DNA from: Paracoccus haematequi
Lineage (GTDB): Bacteria > Pseudomonadota > Alphaproteobacteria > Rhodobacterales > Rhodobacteraceae
Length of the DNA stretch: 64,000 nucleotides
NCBI GenBank assembly: GCA_945881965.1
Contig: CAMCVS010000001.1
Coordinates: 41,402-105,401 of the forward strand
Direction of reading: 5' to 3'
Below, piece after piece: positions 1-9,413 of this stretch; position 1 is the stretch's first letter; every line of letters begins with the position of its first letter. Below the pieces are notes generated by a model, which saw nothing but the letters and a program-made list of their open reading frames with translations, was not told where the DNA came from and did not search any database. A program made the translations under genes and the position numbers.

Positions 1-1
1 G

Positions 2-760
2 GGTGCGGGGCATCTGCATCCCCTGCGCTATGCCATCGGATTGGCGCGGGCAGCGGCGGCGGCGGGGGTTCGGATCTGCGAGCGGTCCGAGGTGCATCGC
101 ATCGACCGGGGCAACCGGGCCGGGGCCAAGGTGCGGGTGGCCACCGATGCGGGGCATGTGGACGCCGATCACCTGATCCTTGCCGCCAACGGCTATCTGG
201 GCGGGCTGGACCGCAAGGTGGCCGCCCGCGTGATGCCGATCAACAATTTCATCGTCGCGACAGCGCCTTTGGGCGCGCGCGCGGCCGAGGTGCTGACGCG
301 CGATGTGGCGGTGTGCGACACGCGCTTTGTGATCAACTATTTCCGGCTGTCCGAGGACAAGCGGCTGCTGTTCGGCGGCGGCGAAACCTATGGCTACCGC
401 TTTCCGACTGACATTGCCGCGCTGGTCCGCAAGCCGATGCTGGAGATTTTTCCCGGCCTGCGGGATGTCGCCATCGACTATGCCTGGGGCGGGACATTGG
501 CGATCACCCCGCACCGGGTGCCGTATTTCGCGCGGCTGGCACCCAATGTGCTGACCGCGTCGGGCTATAGCGGGCATGGCATCGGCACGGCGACCCATGC
601 CGGGCTGGTGTTGGCCGAGGCAGTGGCGGGACAGGCGGCGCGGTTCGACGCGCTGGCCGCCCTGCCGGTGCCGCCGTTTCCGGGCGGGGCCGCGTTGCGC
701 GCGCCGGTGCTGGCGCTGGCGATGACGTGGTTTTCGCTGCGCGACCGGTTGGGCATCTGA
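2..760 (+). CDS. FAD-dependent oxidoreductase (DAO/PuuB-like), 5'-truncated by window edge
   Basis: The frame is open from base 2 (GAGHLHPLRYAIGLARAA...). It carries the C-terminal GYSGHGIGTATHAGLVLAEAV motif typical of D-amino-acid-oxidase-family flavoproteins. The track ORF 41..760 is the same frame. Confidence 0.8.
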   Translation, partial: GAGHLHPLRYAIGLARAAAAAGVRICERSEVHRIDRGNRAGAKVRVATDAGHVDADHLILAANGYLGGLDRKVAARVMPINNFIVATAPLGARAAEVLTRDVAVCDTRFVINYFRLSEDKRLLFGGGETYGYRFPTDIAALVRKPMLEIFPGLRDVAIDYAWGGTLAITPHRVPYFARLAPNVLTASGYSGHGIGTATHAGLVLAEAVAGQAARFDALAALPVPPFPGGAALRAPVLALAMTWFSLRDRLGI

Positions 761-835
761 CAAAGACGAATACCGCTTGGTTTTTGGGCAGAGATCGTTT
801 AGATTTTCCGAAACATACCTTCAGGAAGCCCGAAC

Positions 836-2056
836 ATGTCCTTGGATACCGCTGTCACCACGCCCTTTCCCAATGTCTATGACGCCGAATCGATCCCGGC
901 TGGCGCGCGGTCCGAGATTGACCGCCTGCTGCAATCAGGCGACCTGTTCCGCTATACCGCCCCGGCGGATGCGCCGGTTGCCCTGCTGGAACATGAATTT
1001 GCCGCGCTGATGGGGTCGAAATATGCGCTGGCCGTGTCGTCCTGTTCGGCTGCGCTGTTCTTGTCACTGAAGGCGCTGGGGCTGCAACCCGGCGCGCGGG
1101 TGCTGATCCCGGCGTTTACCTTTGCCGCCGTGCCGTCGTCGATCGTGCATGCGGGCTGCACGCCGGTGCTGTGCGAGGTCGGCGAGAATTACCGCATCGA
1201 CGTGGATCATTTCCGCGACCTGATGGGCCAGAACATCGAGGCCGTGATGATCAGCCACATGCGCGGTCACACGTCCGACATGGATGCCATCGTGGCCGAG
1301 GCAAACGCGCGCGGCATCCCGGTGATCGAGGATGCGGCCCATTCGCTGGGCACGACCTGGGACGGGCGCAACATCGGCACCATCGGCAAGATCGGCTGTT
1401 TCAGTTTTCAGTCCTACAAGATGGTGAACGCGGGCGAAGGCGGCATCCTGATTTCCGATGATGCCGATGTCATGGCGCAGGCGATCATCATGTCCGGGGC
1501 CTATGAACACAACTGGCGCAAGCATGGCGTGGATGCGGCGCTGGAAGCAGCCTTTGCGCGGTGGCAGAACCAGTTGCCGCTGTATAACCTGCGGCTCGGC
1601 AACCTGTCGGCGGCGGTGATCCGCCCGCAACTGCCGGAATTGGCGCGCCGGGTGCGCGACGGGCGGCGCAACCATGACCATGTGGCGGATCAGTTGAACC
1701 TGAGCCCGTGGATCGACGTTCCGGCCAAGCTGGAACCCGAGGTGCGCGCCCCCGATTCGATCCAGTTCAATCTGGTGGGGATGAATGACGCGGAAATCGC
1801 CGCCTATGCCGATGCGGCCGCGGCGCGCGGCGTCAAGGTGCAGGTGTTCGGGGCCAGCAAGGACAATGCGCGCGCCTTCTGGAATTGGCAGTTCCTGAAG
1901 GATCTGCCGGAATTGCCGCGCACCCGCGCCATGCTGATGAAGGCCTGCGATGTGCGCCTGCCCGCGCGGCTGAGCCTTGCGGAATGTGACATGATCGCGG
2001 ACGCATTGGTGCGCGCGGCGCAGGACGTGATGGGCAACGTGCGCGCGTTTGCATGA
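836..2056 (+). CDS. DegT/DnrJ/EryC1/StrS-family PLP-dependent aminotransferase
   Basis: 406 aa. FEHEFAALMGSKYALAVSSCSAALFLSLKALGL...IPAFTF and a SFQSYKMVNAGEGG lysine region are typical of the family. AGGAAG sits upstream of the ATG. Confidence 0.8.
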   Translation: MSLDTAVTTPFPNVYDAESIPAGARSEIDRLLQSGDLFRYTAPADAPVALLEHEFAALMGSKYALAVSSCSAALFLSLKALGLQPGARVLIPAFTFAAVPSSIVHAGCTPVLCEVGENYRIDVDHFRDLMGQNIEAVMISHMRGHTSDMDAIVAEANARGIPVIEDAAHSLGTTWDGRNIGTIGKIGCFSFQSYKMVNAGEGGILISDDADVMAQAIIMSGAYEHNWRKHGVDAALEAAFARWQNQLPLYNLRLGNLSAAVIRPQLPELARRVRDGRRNHDHVADQLNLSPWIDVPAKLEPEVRAPDSIQFNLVGMNDAEIAAYADAAAARGVKVQVFGASKDNARAFWNWQFLKDLPELPRTRAMLMKACDVRLPARLSLAECDMIADALVRAAQDVMGNVRAFA

Positions 2057-2087
2057 ACATGGCGGTGGTGGGTGCAAAGCACCCACC

Positions 2088-3071
2088 CTACGATCCCGCG
2101 CGCGCGGGCAGCACCTGCACGACACCGGCCATGAACGGATAGGCGGCGATGACCGGGGCCACGATGGCATCGGCCAGCAAAAGCCGCAGGTCCGCCGCCA
2201 CCCGCGCGGGGAGATCACCCAGCGTCGCGCGGCGCGTTGTCAGCGAGATGGTGCGCGTCAGCGGCGCGACCGGCAGCGGCATCACATCAATCGCATCGGC
2301 AAAGCGGCGCGCGCGGCGCAGCGCCAGCGGCGTCAGGATCGTCCAACCCGCGCCCTGGGCCACCAACGCCAGAATGGCGTGATAGCTGTCCAGTTCGAAC
2401 CGGTTGGCCAGCGTCAGGTTCTGCCGCGCCAGATGCGCGGCCAGCAGCCGCCCCATGTAGTGCCGCGTGGTATACTGCACCAGCGGCAGCCGTTTCAGTT
2501 GCGCCAGCAGATCGCTGCCCGCGTCCAGCCGCCCACGCGGTGCGGCGACCACGAAGCCCTCGGTCAGCAGCGGGTGCACCTCCATCCAGTCGGCTTCGGC
2601 CCCCATGTCGGCCGCAACAATGATATCCAGCGCGCGGGCGTCCAATTGGTCATGCAGGTGATGCGAAGCCCCGGTTTCCAGCAGAAATTGCGCGCCTTTC
2701 AGATCGGCGGCCAGCCCGGTCAACAGGCGCGGCGTCACGTCGGTTTCCAGATCCTCGATCATGCCGAACCGGAACCGGGTCAGCGTCGCCATATCCGCCA
2801 TCGCCAATTCGGCGCGGGCCTGCGTCGCCTCGTTCAGGATCGCGCCCGCGCGGCGGCGAAACAGCTCGCCCGCCGGAGTCAGGCCGACAGGGCGCGCGTT
2901 GCGGTGCATCAGCATGCAACCCAACGCGCCTTCAAGATTGGTCAATTGCTGGCTGACCGCCGACGGGCTGGCCCCCAGACGGCGCGCGGCCGCCGAGATC
3001 GACCCTTCTTCGGCGGTCGCCACGAACACCTCGATGCCCCAGAGCGTGATGCGGCCCGGAGTTTCTACCAT
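2088..3071 (-). CDS. LysR-family transcriptional regulator
   Basis: N-terminal wHTH (FVATAEEGSISAAARRLGASPSAVSQQLTNLEGALG) followed by a LysR substrate-binding domain of the expected length. Confidence 0.9.
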   Translation of the reverse strand: MVETPGRITLWGIEVFVATAEEGSISAAARRLGASPSAVSQQLTNLEGALGCMLMHRNARPVGLTPAGELFRRRAGAILNEATQARAELAMADMATLTRFRFGMIEDLETDVTPRLLTGLAADLKGAQFLLETGASHHLHDQLDARALDIIVAADMGAEADWMEVHPLLTEGFVVAAPRGRLDAGSDLLAQLKRLPLVQYTTRHYMGRLLAAHLARQNLTLANRFELDSYHAILALVAQGAGWTILTPLALRRARRFADAIDVMPLPVAPLTRTISLTTRRATLGDLPARVAADLRLLLADAIVAPVIAAYPFMAGVVQVLPARAGS

Positions 3072-3112
3072 CGCGGTGTCTCTACCATCGCGGCGTTCCG
3101 GGCATCGCGGCG

Positions 3113-3682
3113 TTACTTGCTCATCTGGTCAAGCTTGGCCTGCAAGGCCGCCAGTTGCGCCTTGATCGCGTCCAGACCATCGGCGGCGGGTTCTTCGCGT
3201 GTGGGACCGGCCCAGGGCGTGCTGAGGCCGCCCATGCCCTGCGTCATCGCCTTGAGGAACGCTTCTTGCTGGGCCTGCATCGCCTCGAACCCCGGCACCT
3301 TGGCCATTGGGTTGACCTTGGCGATGCCCTCGATCATGCGGGTCTGGCTGGAGCGCAGCATGTCGAACGAGCTTTGCAGGAATTGCGGCACAAAGGATTG
3401 TGCCTGATTGGTATAGCTGCGCACCAGATCGGTCAGAATGTTGACCGGCAGCATGGTTTCGCCCCGGCTTTCATGTTCGGCGATGATCTGCAGCAGGTAT
3501 TGCCGGGTCAGGTCGTCGCCGGATTTGAGGTCGATGATCTGCACCTCGCGGCCTTCGCGGATGAAACCGGCGATATCCTCCAGCGTGACATAATCGCTGG
3601 TTTCGGTGTTATACAGCCTGCGGCTGGCGTAGCGCTTGATCAGGAGCGGTTTCTTGGCGTCGGCCACGGGCGGTCCTCCCAT
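3113..3682 (-). CDS. phaR: Polyhydroxyalkanoate synthesis repressor PhaR
   Basis: LIKRYASRRLYNTETSDYVTLEDIAGFIREGREVQIIDLKSGDDLTRQYLLQIIAEHE is the PhaR N-terminal signature. It lies next to phaP and phaC. I chose the start at the internal ATG (MGGPPV...); the ORF track extends to 3724 (TTG). Confidence 0.85.
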   Translation of the reverse strand: MGGPPVADAKKPLLIKRYASRRLYNTETSDYVTLEDIAGFIREGREVQIIDLKSGDDLTRQYLLQIIAEHESRGETMLPVNILTDLVRSYTNQAQSFVPQFLQSSFDMLRSSQTRMIEGIAKVNPMAKVPGFEAMQAQQEAFLKAMTQGMGGLSTPWAGPTREEPAADGLDAIKAQLAALQAKLDQMSK

Positions 3683-3793
3683 CGGGCTGCAATGCAGCGA
3701 GACTAAGCCTTCACGGGGGGGCAAGCAAGCGGATTGCCCCGACGGCCCCGTATGGTTTCAATGCCTTTGGCGTGATTGGCACCGGATACGCAG

Positions 3794-3820
3794 AAAGGGC
3801 GGGCACTTGGCCCGCCCTTT
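3794..3820 (-). terminator. Hairpin downstream of phaP (11-bp GC-rich stem, 5-nt loop)
   Basis: aaagggcgggc-acttg-gcccgcccttt lies 23 nt after the phaP stop. On the minus strand it is followed by TTTC. Confidence 0.5.
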
Positions 3821-3842
3821 CGCCAATCCCCAAGGGGACAGA

Positions 3843-4292
3843 TTACTTTGCAGCGGTCTTCTTGACAGCAGCGGTCGCGTCTTTGGTGGCCTTCTGGACA
3901 GCAGCGGTGGCTTCTTCAGCGACGCCCTTGCCAGCAGCCATCAGCAGCTCGACGGTTTCCATCTGCAGCTTCTTGGCGACTTCTGCGAAGGCGGCCATGT
4001 GCTCGGCAGCGGCTTCGGCAGCGGTCGAAGCGAAATCGGTCATCGCCTTGGCGTAGTCTGCGGGCTCTGCCTGGGCTTTGGTCATCGCCTGGATCTTTGC
4101 GATGGTGTCCTTGGTCCACTTGGACGAGATTTCCGACGACTGCTCGGCGGCGGTCAGCGCGACAGTTGCCAGCTTTTCGTTCAGCGAGGCAACCGACTTC
4201 ATCGACTCTTCCATTGCCTTGGTGTCGACGGGGAATGCGCCCATCATGTCTTTCATCATCGTGGTGAAATCAGGGGTATTTGCCATTTTCAT
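3843..4292 (-). CDS. phaP: Phasin (PHA granule-associated protein)
   Basis: Ala/Lys/Glu-rich helical protein (MKMANTPDFTTMMKDMMGAFPVD...). It sits between phaC and phaR as in Paracoccus-type pha loci. AGAGGA lies upstream; the start could be 4292 or 4286. Confidence 0.85.
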   Translation of the reverse strand: MKMANTPDFTTMMKDMMGAFPVDTKAMEESMKSVASLNEKLATVALTAAEQSSEISSKWTKDTIAKIQAMTKAQAEPADYAKAMTDFASTAAEAAAEHMAAFAEVAKKLQMETVELLMAAGKGVAEEATAAVQKATKDATAAVKKTAAK

Positions 4293-4353
4293 AGTCCTCT
4301 GGATGCATACCGGGCCCACCCCGGCTTTTCTGCATGTGCACAGGGATTACGCG

Positions 4354-4394
4354 CTGCGTCGCAGAAATTCAAGCGGAAATGCTGCGATGCAGCA
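4354..4394 (-). promoter_or_regulatory. TGC-rich palindromes in the phaC-phaP intergenic region (candidate PhaR operators / phaP promoter)
   Basis: CTGCG-T-CGCAG (4354-4364) and TGCTGC-GAT-GCAGCA (4380-4394) lie upstream of phaP. PhaR of Paracoccus is reported to bind TGC-rich sites upstream of phaP. Confidence 0.35.
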
Positions 4395-4417
4395 AACCTC
4401 CAGATTGCATCGCGTAA

Positions 4418-6235
4418 TCAGATGCTTGGCGTTGCCCCAACGTAAGTTCCGGGTGCCTCGGCCAGGGCGGGATGGGTCGAATCACCCGGTTGCCGCGCCG
4501 GAACCTGTTCGCCCGACCGGGGCCGCAGCCAAGATTCCCACCGTGGCCACCAGCTTTCGCTATGGCGTTCGGCGGCGGCTTTCCACGCCTCCGCAGGCAG
4601 CGACAGGTCGGGATTGGTGTAGTGGCCGTATTTGTTTTTCGACGGCGGGTTGACGATGCCCGCGATATGGCCCGACTCGGACAGGATAAAGGTCTTGTCC
4701 TGCGATCCCATGGCCTGCGCGCCGCGATAGCTGTCTTTCCACGCCGCGATATGGTCGGTCTCGCAGGCGATCAGGCAAACCGGCACATCCACATCGCCCA
4801 AAGCCAGCGGCGTGTTCAGGAACGTGACGTGATCGGCGGAAAAGCGGTTCTGCTGGCACAAGAGCCGCAGGTAATCCACCGCCATCTTGGCGGGCAGGTT
4901 GGTGCCGTCGCCGTTCCAATACAGCAGATCAAAGGCGGGCGGGGCCTCGCCCAGCATATAGCTGCGGATAGCAGGACCATAGATCAGGTCGTTCGACCGC
5001 AGATAGGAAAACGTCCGCGCCATGATGAAACTGCGCAGCACGCCTGCCTCTTCGACTTCGCGGGTGATGCCGTCGATGAAATCATCCTGCAGGAACGGGG
5101 TAAATTCGCCCTGTTCGGCGAAATCCGTCAGCGTGGTAAAGAACGTCGCGGATTTGACCGATGCGTCGCCCCGCGATTTCAACAGCGCCAGCGTCATCGC
5201 CAACGTGGTGCCGCCGATGCAGTATCCCACCGCGTTGACCTGCGGCTGTCCGGTGATGGATTTCACCGCGTTGATGGTGGCCAGATAGCCGTCCTGAATG
5301 TAATCCTCCATGCCCACATCGCGATAGCTTGCGTCCGGGTTGACCCAGGACACGATATACAGCGTATACCCTTGATCCACGATCCAGCGGATCAGGCTGT
5401 TTTCGGGTTTCAGGTCCAGCACATAGAATTTGTTGATCCACGGCGGAAAGATCACGATGGGCGTGGCGTGAACTGTGTCCGTGGTCGGTGTATACTGGAT
5501 CAACTCCAGCATCCGGTTGCGGAACACCACCTTGCCGGGGGTGGTGGCGATGTTCTCGCCCACCTTGAACGCGCTGTCATCGGCCAGCCGCACCACCATC
5601 TCGCCGCCGTGGGTTTCCAGATCAATCACCAGATTTTCCAGCCCCTTCACCAGGCTTTCGCCGTCGGTTTCGATGGCGCGGGCCAGCGCGTCGGGGTTGG
5701 TGGCCAGAAAATTCGTCGGCGCCATCATGTCGATGATCTGCTGGGTGAAATAGGTCAGCTTGCGCTTTTCGCGCGGGTCCATGGTGTCGATGTCGGCGAC
5801 GGCCTGCCGCAGCGCATCGGCATTCATCAGGTATTGCTGCTTGATGAAGTTGAAATAGGGGTGCGTGCGCCACAGCGGGTTGGCGAAACGGCGGTCCTGC
5901 GGCGTGGGATCGTCCGGTGCGGACAGGTTGTGTTCCAGCAACGCCTTGCGCGCCTCCAGCGCGTGCTTGACGGTGCCTGCCCAATAGCTGGCCTGATGTT
6001 CGAAAATCCGCGCCGGGTTCTTCATCGCCTCGGCCCAGTAATTCGTGGTGGCCTTGACGAACAGATCCTGTCCGGGGCCGCTGAGTTCGGACCGCGCCGG
6101 GTGACGATGGGACAGCGCCGCCATCATCCGCTGCGACAGCGTCTCGATCCGGGCGATGTTCGCGGCCAGCTTTTCGCGATTTTCGCCGCTTGGTGCGCCA
6201 ATGCTTTCGCCTGCGATGCTGTCTTTTGTTGTCAT
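4418..6235 (-). CDS. phaC: Class I poly(R)-hydroxyalkanoate synthase
   Basis: 605 aa with the lipase-box GYCIGGT and conserved PhaC N-terminal and alpha/beta core blocks (FPPWINKFYVLDL, LLYWNGDGTNLP). Confidence 0.95.
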   Translation of the reverse strand: MTTKDSIAGESIGAPSGENREKLAANIARIETLSQRMMAALSHRHPARSELSGPGQDLFVKATTNYWAEAMKNPARIFEHQASYWAGTVKHALEARKALLEHNLSAPDDPTPQDRRFANPLWRTHPYFNFIKQQYLMNADALRQAVADIDTMDPREKRKLTYFTQQIIDMMAPTNFLATNPDALARAIETDGESLVKGLENLVIDLETHGGEMVVRLADDSAFKVGENIATTPGKVVFRNRMLELIQYTPTTDTVHATPIVIFPPWINKFYVLDLKPENSLIRWIVDQGYTLYIVSWVNPDASYRDVGMEDYIQDGYLATINAVKSITGQPQVNAVGYCIGGTTLAMTLALLKSRGDASVKSATFFTTLTDFAEQGEFTPFLQDDFIDGITREVEEAGVLRSFIMARTFSYLRSNDLIYGPAIRSYMLGEAPPAFDLLYWNGDGTNLPAKMAVDYLRLLCQQNRFSADHVTFLNTPLALGDVDVPVCLIACETDHIAAWKDSYRGAQAMGSQDKTFILSESGHIAGIVNPPSKNKYGHYTNPDLSLPAEAWKAAAERHSESWWPRWESWLRPRSGEQVPARQPGDSTHPALAEAPGTYVGATPSI

Positions 6236-6334
6236 GTTAAATCTTCCAGCATACTGTCGCTGCCATGCAGCATGTCAATTCCGTTACACATGACGGAACG
6301 CAGAACGCTGACCGACCAAGAAAAGGAACATACC

Positions 6335-7636
6335 ATGCGGCACATGGCGACCTATGACCTGATGGAAACCGTCCGTACGACCAACCAGTGGCTGGGTGCC
6401 TCCGCCCTTGCCATGGCATCCTATCCGGTTTTCAGCATGGTGCCAAATCCTGCTTTGCAAATGCTGGCCGCCTGGGGCGAGGTGACGGAACGCAGCTTTG
6501 CCCGCATGGTGATGAAACCCGACTGGGGCATCCACACCTTTACCGAGGATGGCCGCGACCATCTGGTCAAGGTGGAAAAGGTGCTGGAACAGCCCTTTGG
6601 CGATCTGCTGCATTTTCGCGTGACAGGCCGCCACGTCCGCCCGCGCAAGGTGCTGTTGGTCGCGCCGATGTCGGGGCATTACGCCACGCTGTTGCGGTCC
6701 ACGGTGATTTCGCTGCTGGCCGATTGCGAGGTGTATATCACCGACTGGCACAATGCGCGCGACATCCCGGTGTCGGCGGGCAAGTTCGACGTCGAGGATT
6801 ACGCGCTGTATCTGGTGGATTTCATGCGCCATCTGGGGCCGGATACCCATGTCATGGCCGTGTGCCAGCCCGCGCCGCTGGCCTTGGCCGCCGCCGCCTA
6901 TCTGGCCGAGATCGACCCCGAGGCGCAGCCGCGCACGCTGACGCTGATCGGCGGGCCGATTGACCCGGACGCGGCTGCGACCGATGTGACCGATTTTGGC
7001 CGCCGCGTGACCATGGGGCAGTTGGAACAGTCGATGATCCAGCGCGTCGGGTTCAAATACAAAGGCGTGGGTCGTCAGGTTTACCCCGGCCTGCTGCAAC
7101 TGGCGTCCTTCATCTCGATGAACGGCGAACGCCACGCGCAGGCGTTTTCGAACCAGATCCAATCGGTCGCCAAGGGCGAGGCGTCGGAACATGACGCGCA
7201 TAACCGGTTCTATGACGAATACCTTGCCGTGATGGACATGACCGCCGAGTTCTATCTGTCCACGGTGCAGCGCATCTTCAAAACCCGTGAAATTGCGCGC
7301 AACTGCTTTACCATAAAGGGCCACAAGGTCGATATCGGCAAGATCACCAATATCGCCGTGATGACGGTCGAAGGCGCGAATGATGACATCTCTGCGCCCG
7401 GTCAATGCGTGGCGGCGCTGCCGCTGTGCACCGGTCTGCCGGATGCGATGAAATCCCAGCATCTGGAACCGGGGGCCGGTCATTACGGCATCTTCGCCGG
7501 TAAATCCTGGCGCAACAATATCCGGCCCTTGGTGCTTGATTTCATCGACGGCCATAGCGGCCCGCGCAAAGCGGTCAAGAAAGCGGCCAACAAACCCGCG
7601 AAGCCCGCGCCGGACAACGTCGCTTCGCTGGGATGA
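6335..7636 (+). CDS. phaZ: Intracellular PHB/PHA depolymerase
   Basis: MRHMATYDLMETVRTTNQWL... and LVAPMSGHYATLLR...ITDWHNARD are typical of intracellular PhaZ. AAGGA lies 7 nt upstream of the ATG at 6335. The track ORF 4472..7636 is an artefactual upstream extension. Confidence 0.9.
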   Translation: MRHMATYDLMETVRTTNQWLGASALAMASYPVFSMVPNPALQMLAAWGEVTERSFARMVMKPDWGIHTFTEDGRDHLVKVEKVLEQPFGDLLHFRVTGRHVRPRKVLLVAPMSGHYATLLRSTVISLLADCEVYITDWHNARDIPVSAGKFDVEDYALYLVDFMRHLGPDTHVMAVCQPAPLALAAAAYLAEIDPEAQPRTLTLIGGPIDPDAAATDVTDFGRRVTMGQLEQSMIQRVGFKYKGVGRQVYPGLLQLASFISMNGERHAQAFSNQIQSVAKGEASEHDAHNRFYDEYLAVMDMTAEFYLSTVQRIFKTREIARNCFTIKGHKVDIGKITNIAVMTVEGANDDISAPGQCVAALPLCTGLPDAMKSQHLEPGAGHYGIFAGKSWRNNIRPLVLDFIDGHSGPRKAVKKAANKPAKPAPDNVASLG

Positions 7637-7651
7637 CCTGACCAGATCGCG

Positions 7652-7676
7652 CAGGCCCCCCATCGCGGGGGGCCTG
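7652..7676. terminator. Bidirectional hairpin between convergent phaZ and a hydrolase gene
   Basis: caggcccccc-atcgc-ggggggcctg (10-bp stem) followed by TTGCGTTT. Confidence 0.55.
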
Positions 7677-7690
7677 TTGCGTTTGGGGCG

Positions 7691-8401
7691 CTATTTCAGC
7701 ACATAGGGCTGCCGCATCCACGCCCGCAGCGCGCGGGTGACGATGTCGGGGCGTTCCAGTGTCGGGATATGTCCGGCCCCGGCGATGATTTCCAGCTTCG
7801 CATAGGGAATCAGATCGGCCATGAAACTGTGGCGGCGCGGCGGGGTCAGGGTGTCATGTTCACCGCACAGGATCAGCGTCGGCACCGTGATCTTGCGCAA
7901 TGTGCTTTGCTGGTCGCGGCGGCGTTGCAGGGCGCGGATTTGCCGCACGAACACCTCTGCGCCCAGATCGCGGCCCATCTCGGCTAGTTGCGACAACACC
8001 GCCAACCGCCCCGGACCGGGGGCCAGATGTTCGGGGCGCAGCACCTGGCGCAGCATCTCGTCCAGCCGCCCGCTGCGCGCACCGACGATCAGCGGCTCAT
8101 AGGCGGCAGAGGTCTGCGGCGTTTCCGCCAGCGGGTTGGTGTCCATCAGCGCGATCCGCGTCACCCGTTCCGGCGCACGGCGCAGGATCTCCATCGCCAC
8201 GATCCCGCCCATCGACAACCCGGCCAGCGCAAAGCGCGCGGGCAACAGCGGCAGGATCGCGCTGGCCAGTTCCTCGATCCGTTCGCCTTGGGTCACGGGC
8301 GCTATGGTGACGGGCATGTCACGCGACAAGGCATTGATCTGGGGCGCGAAAACCCGCGCGTCACACATCATGCCCGGCAGCAGCACCAGCGGCTCGCCCA
8401 T
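7691..8401 (-). CDS. Alpha/beta-fold hydrolase
   Basis: LLPGMMCD...GLSMGG nucleophile elbow and a C-terminal GAGHIP His motif. GGGGGA RBS lies before the ATG at 8401; the track start 8413 is a TTG. Confidence 0.8.
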   Translation of the reverse strand: MGEPLVLLPGMMCDARVFAPQINALSRDMPVTIAPVTQGERIEELASAILPLLPARFALAGLSMGGIVAMEILRRAPERVTRIALMDTNPLAETPQTSAAYEPLIVGARSGRLDEMLRQVLRPEHLAPGPGRLAVLSQLAEMGRDLGAEVFVRQIRALQRRRDQQSTLRKITVPTLILCGEHDTLTPPRRHSFMADLIPYAKLEIIAGAGHIPTLERPDIVTRALRAWMRQPYVLK

Positions 8402-8456
8402 CGTATCCCCCAACAGTCGCGGGTTACCTTGGCAGATGCGGCGCGCGCGTCAACCG

Positions 8457-9413
8457 TCAGAGGCCGCGCGCCCATGCAACCAAGGCGGCTGTGGCCCCGG
8501 CGGTGTTCGCCTGTGACAGGATATCGCCCGCCATCACATGCGCCGACGGATCGGTGCCTGCGCCACCGGGGGCGGGAACCTCGGTCACAGGCCCGCCCCA
8601 ACGCGCGATGGTGGCGCGGGTGGCGTCGGCGCGCACCACCTGATCGGCATCGCTGAAATAGACCAGCAGCGGCAGCGTGACCCGGCCAAGATCGGCGCGG
8701 CCCGCCGCCTGCACTGCGCGCGCCATCGGCAACAGCGCCGTGGTGGGGTAATCCGTGGTCCAATGCGCCGCCTGTTCGGGGCCAAGAGGGTCGAACCCCC
8801 GGCGCGGGCCGACGATCAGCGGCACCCACAGACGCGCCGCCGGAAAGGTCAGCAGCGGTGCGGCGGGGCTGTTGACGGCAAAGTTGGGCGACACCATCGC
8901 CACCCCGGCCACGCCTTGGGCCAGATCAGGCTGCGTCATCGCCAGCGCGGCCAGCGTCGCCCCCGTGGACGTCGCCAAGATAATCACCCGGTCGCCGGTC
9001 TGCCGCGCCACATCCAGCGCCTCGGCGGTGTCGATGATCCAGTCGGTGGCGCTCGCGCCCCCCATCGCATCGGGGTCACTGCGGCCATGCCCAGCATAGC
9101 GGGTGTAGATCAGGTTTGCGCCCAGTTCGCGCGCCAGCAGGTCCGGCACCGGGCGGATTTCCTGCGCCGAGGCCGAGAACCCGTGCAGATAGACCACCGA
9201 AAACGGCGTCTTTGCGCCCTCTACGCCCGCCCAGATCACCTGCTTGGCGGCACCGGGGCGGATATCAGTGAACACCGCCTCACGCGCGACAAAGCTGGCG
9301 GGCGTGGTCGCAGGTGCGCGCGCGGTGAGGTCCAGCGGTTCATAAGGGCCAAATGCCACCAGCGTGCCCCCCATCAGCACCAGCGCCGCCGCGATCCGGA
9401 TCAGCCAGCGCAT
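8457..9413 (-). CDS. Membrane-anchored alpha/beta hydrolase (lysophospholipase-like)
   Basis: N-terminal TM helix (MRWLIRIAAALVLMGGTLVAF), HGF...GHGRS, and ATSTGA (GxSxG-like). It overlaps the upstream gene by 13 nt. Confidence 0.75.
   Translation of the reverse strand: MRWLIRIAAALVLMGGTLVAFGPYEPLDLTARAPATTPASFVAREAVFTDIRPGAAKQVIWAGVEGAKTPFSVVYLHGFSASAQEIRPVPDLLARELGANLIYTRYAGHGRSDPDAMGGASATDWIIDTAEALDVARQTGDRVIILATSTGATLAALAMTQPDLAQGVAGVAMVSPNFAVNSPAAPLLTFPAARLWVPLIVGPRRGFDPLGPEQAAHWTTDYPTTALLPMARAVQAAGRADLGRVTLPLLVYFSDADQVVRADATRATIARWGGPVTEVPAPGGAGTDPSAHVMAGDILSQANTAGATAALVAWARGL

Noticed and set aside
4472-7636. 1054-aa ORF on the plus strand spanning the phaC region and phaZ
   Set aside because: The first ~620 codons are antisense to phaC and give an Arg/Gly/His/Val-rich low-complexity translation. 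Only the part from the ATG at 6335, which has an RBS, is family-like (PhaZ). This is a typical high-GC open antisense frame fused to a real gene.
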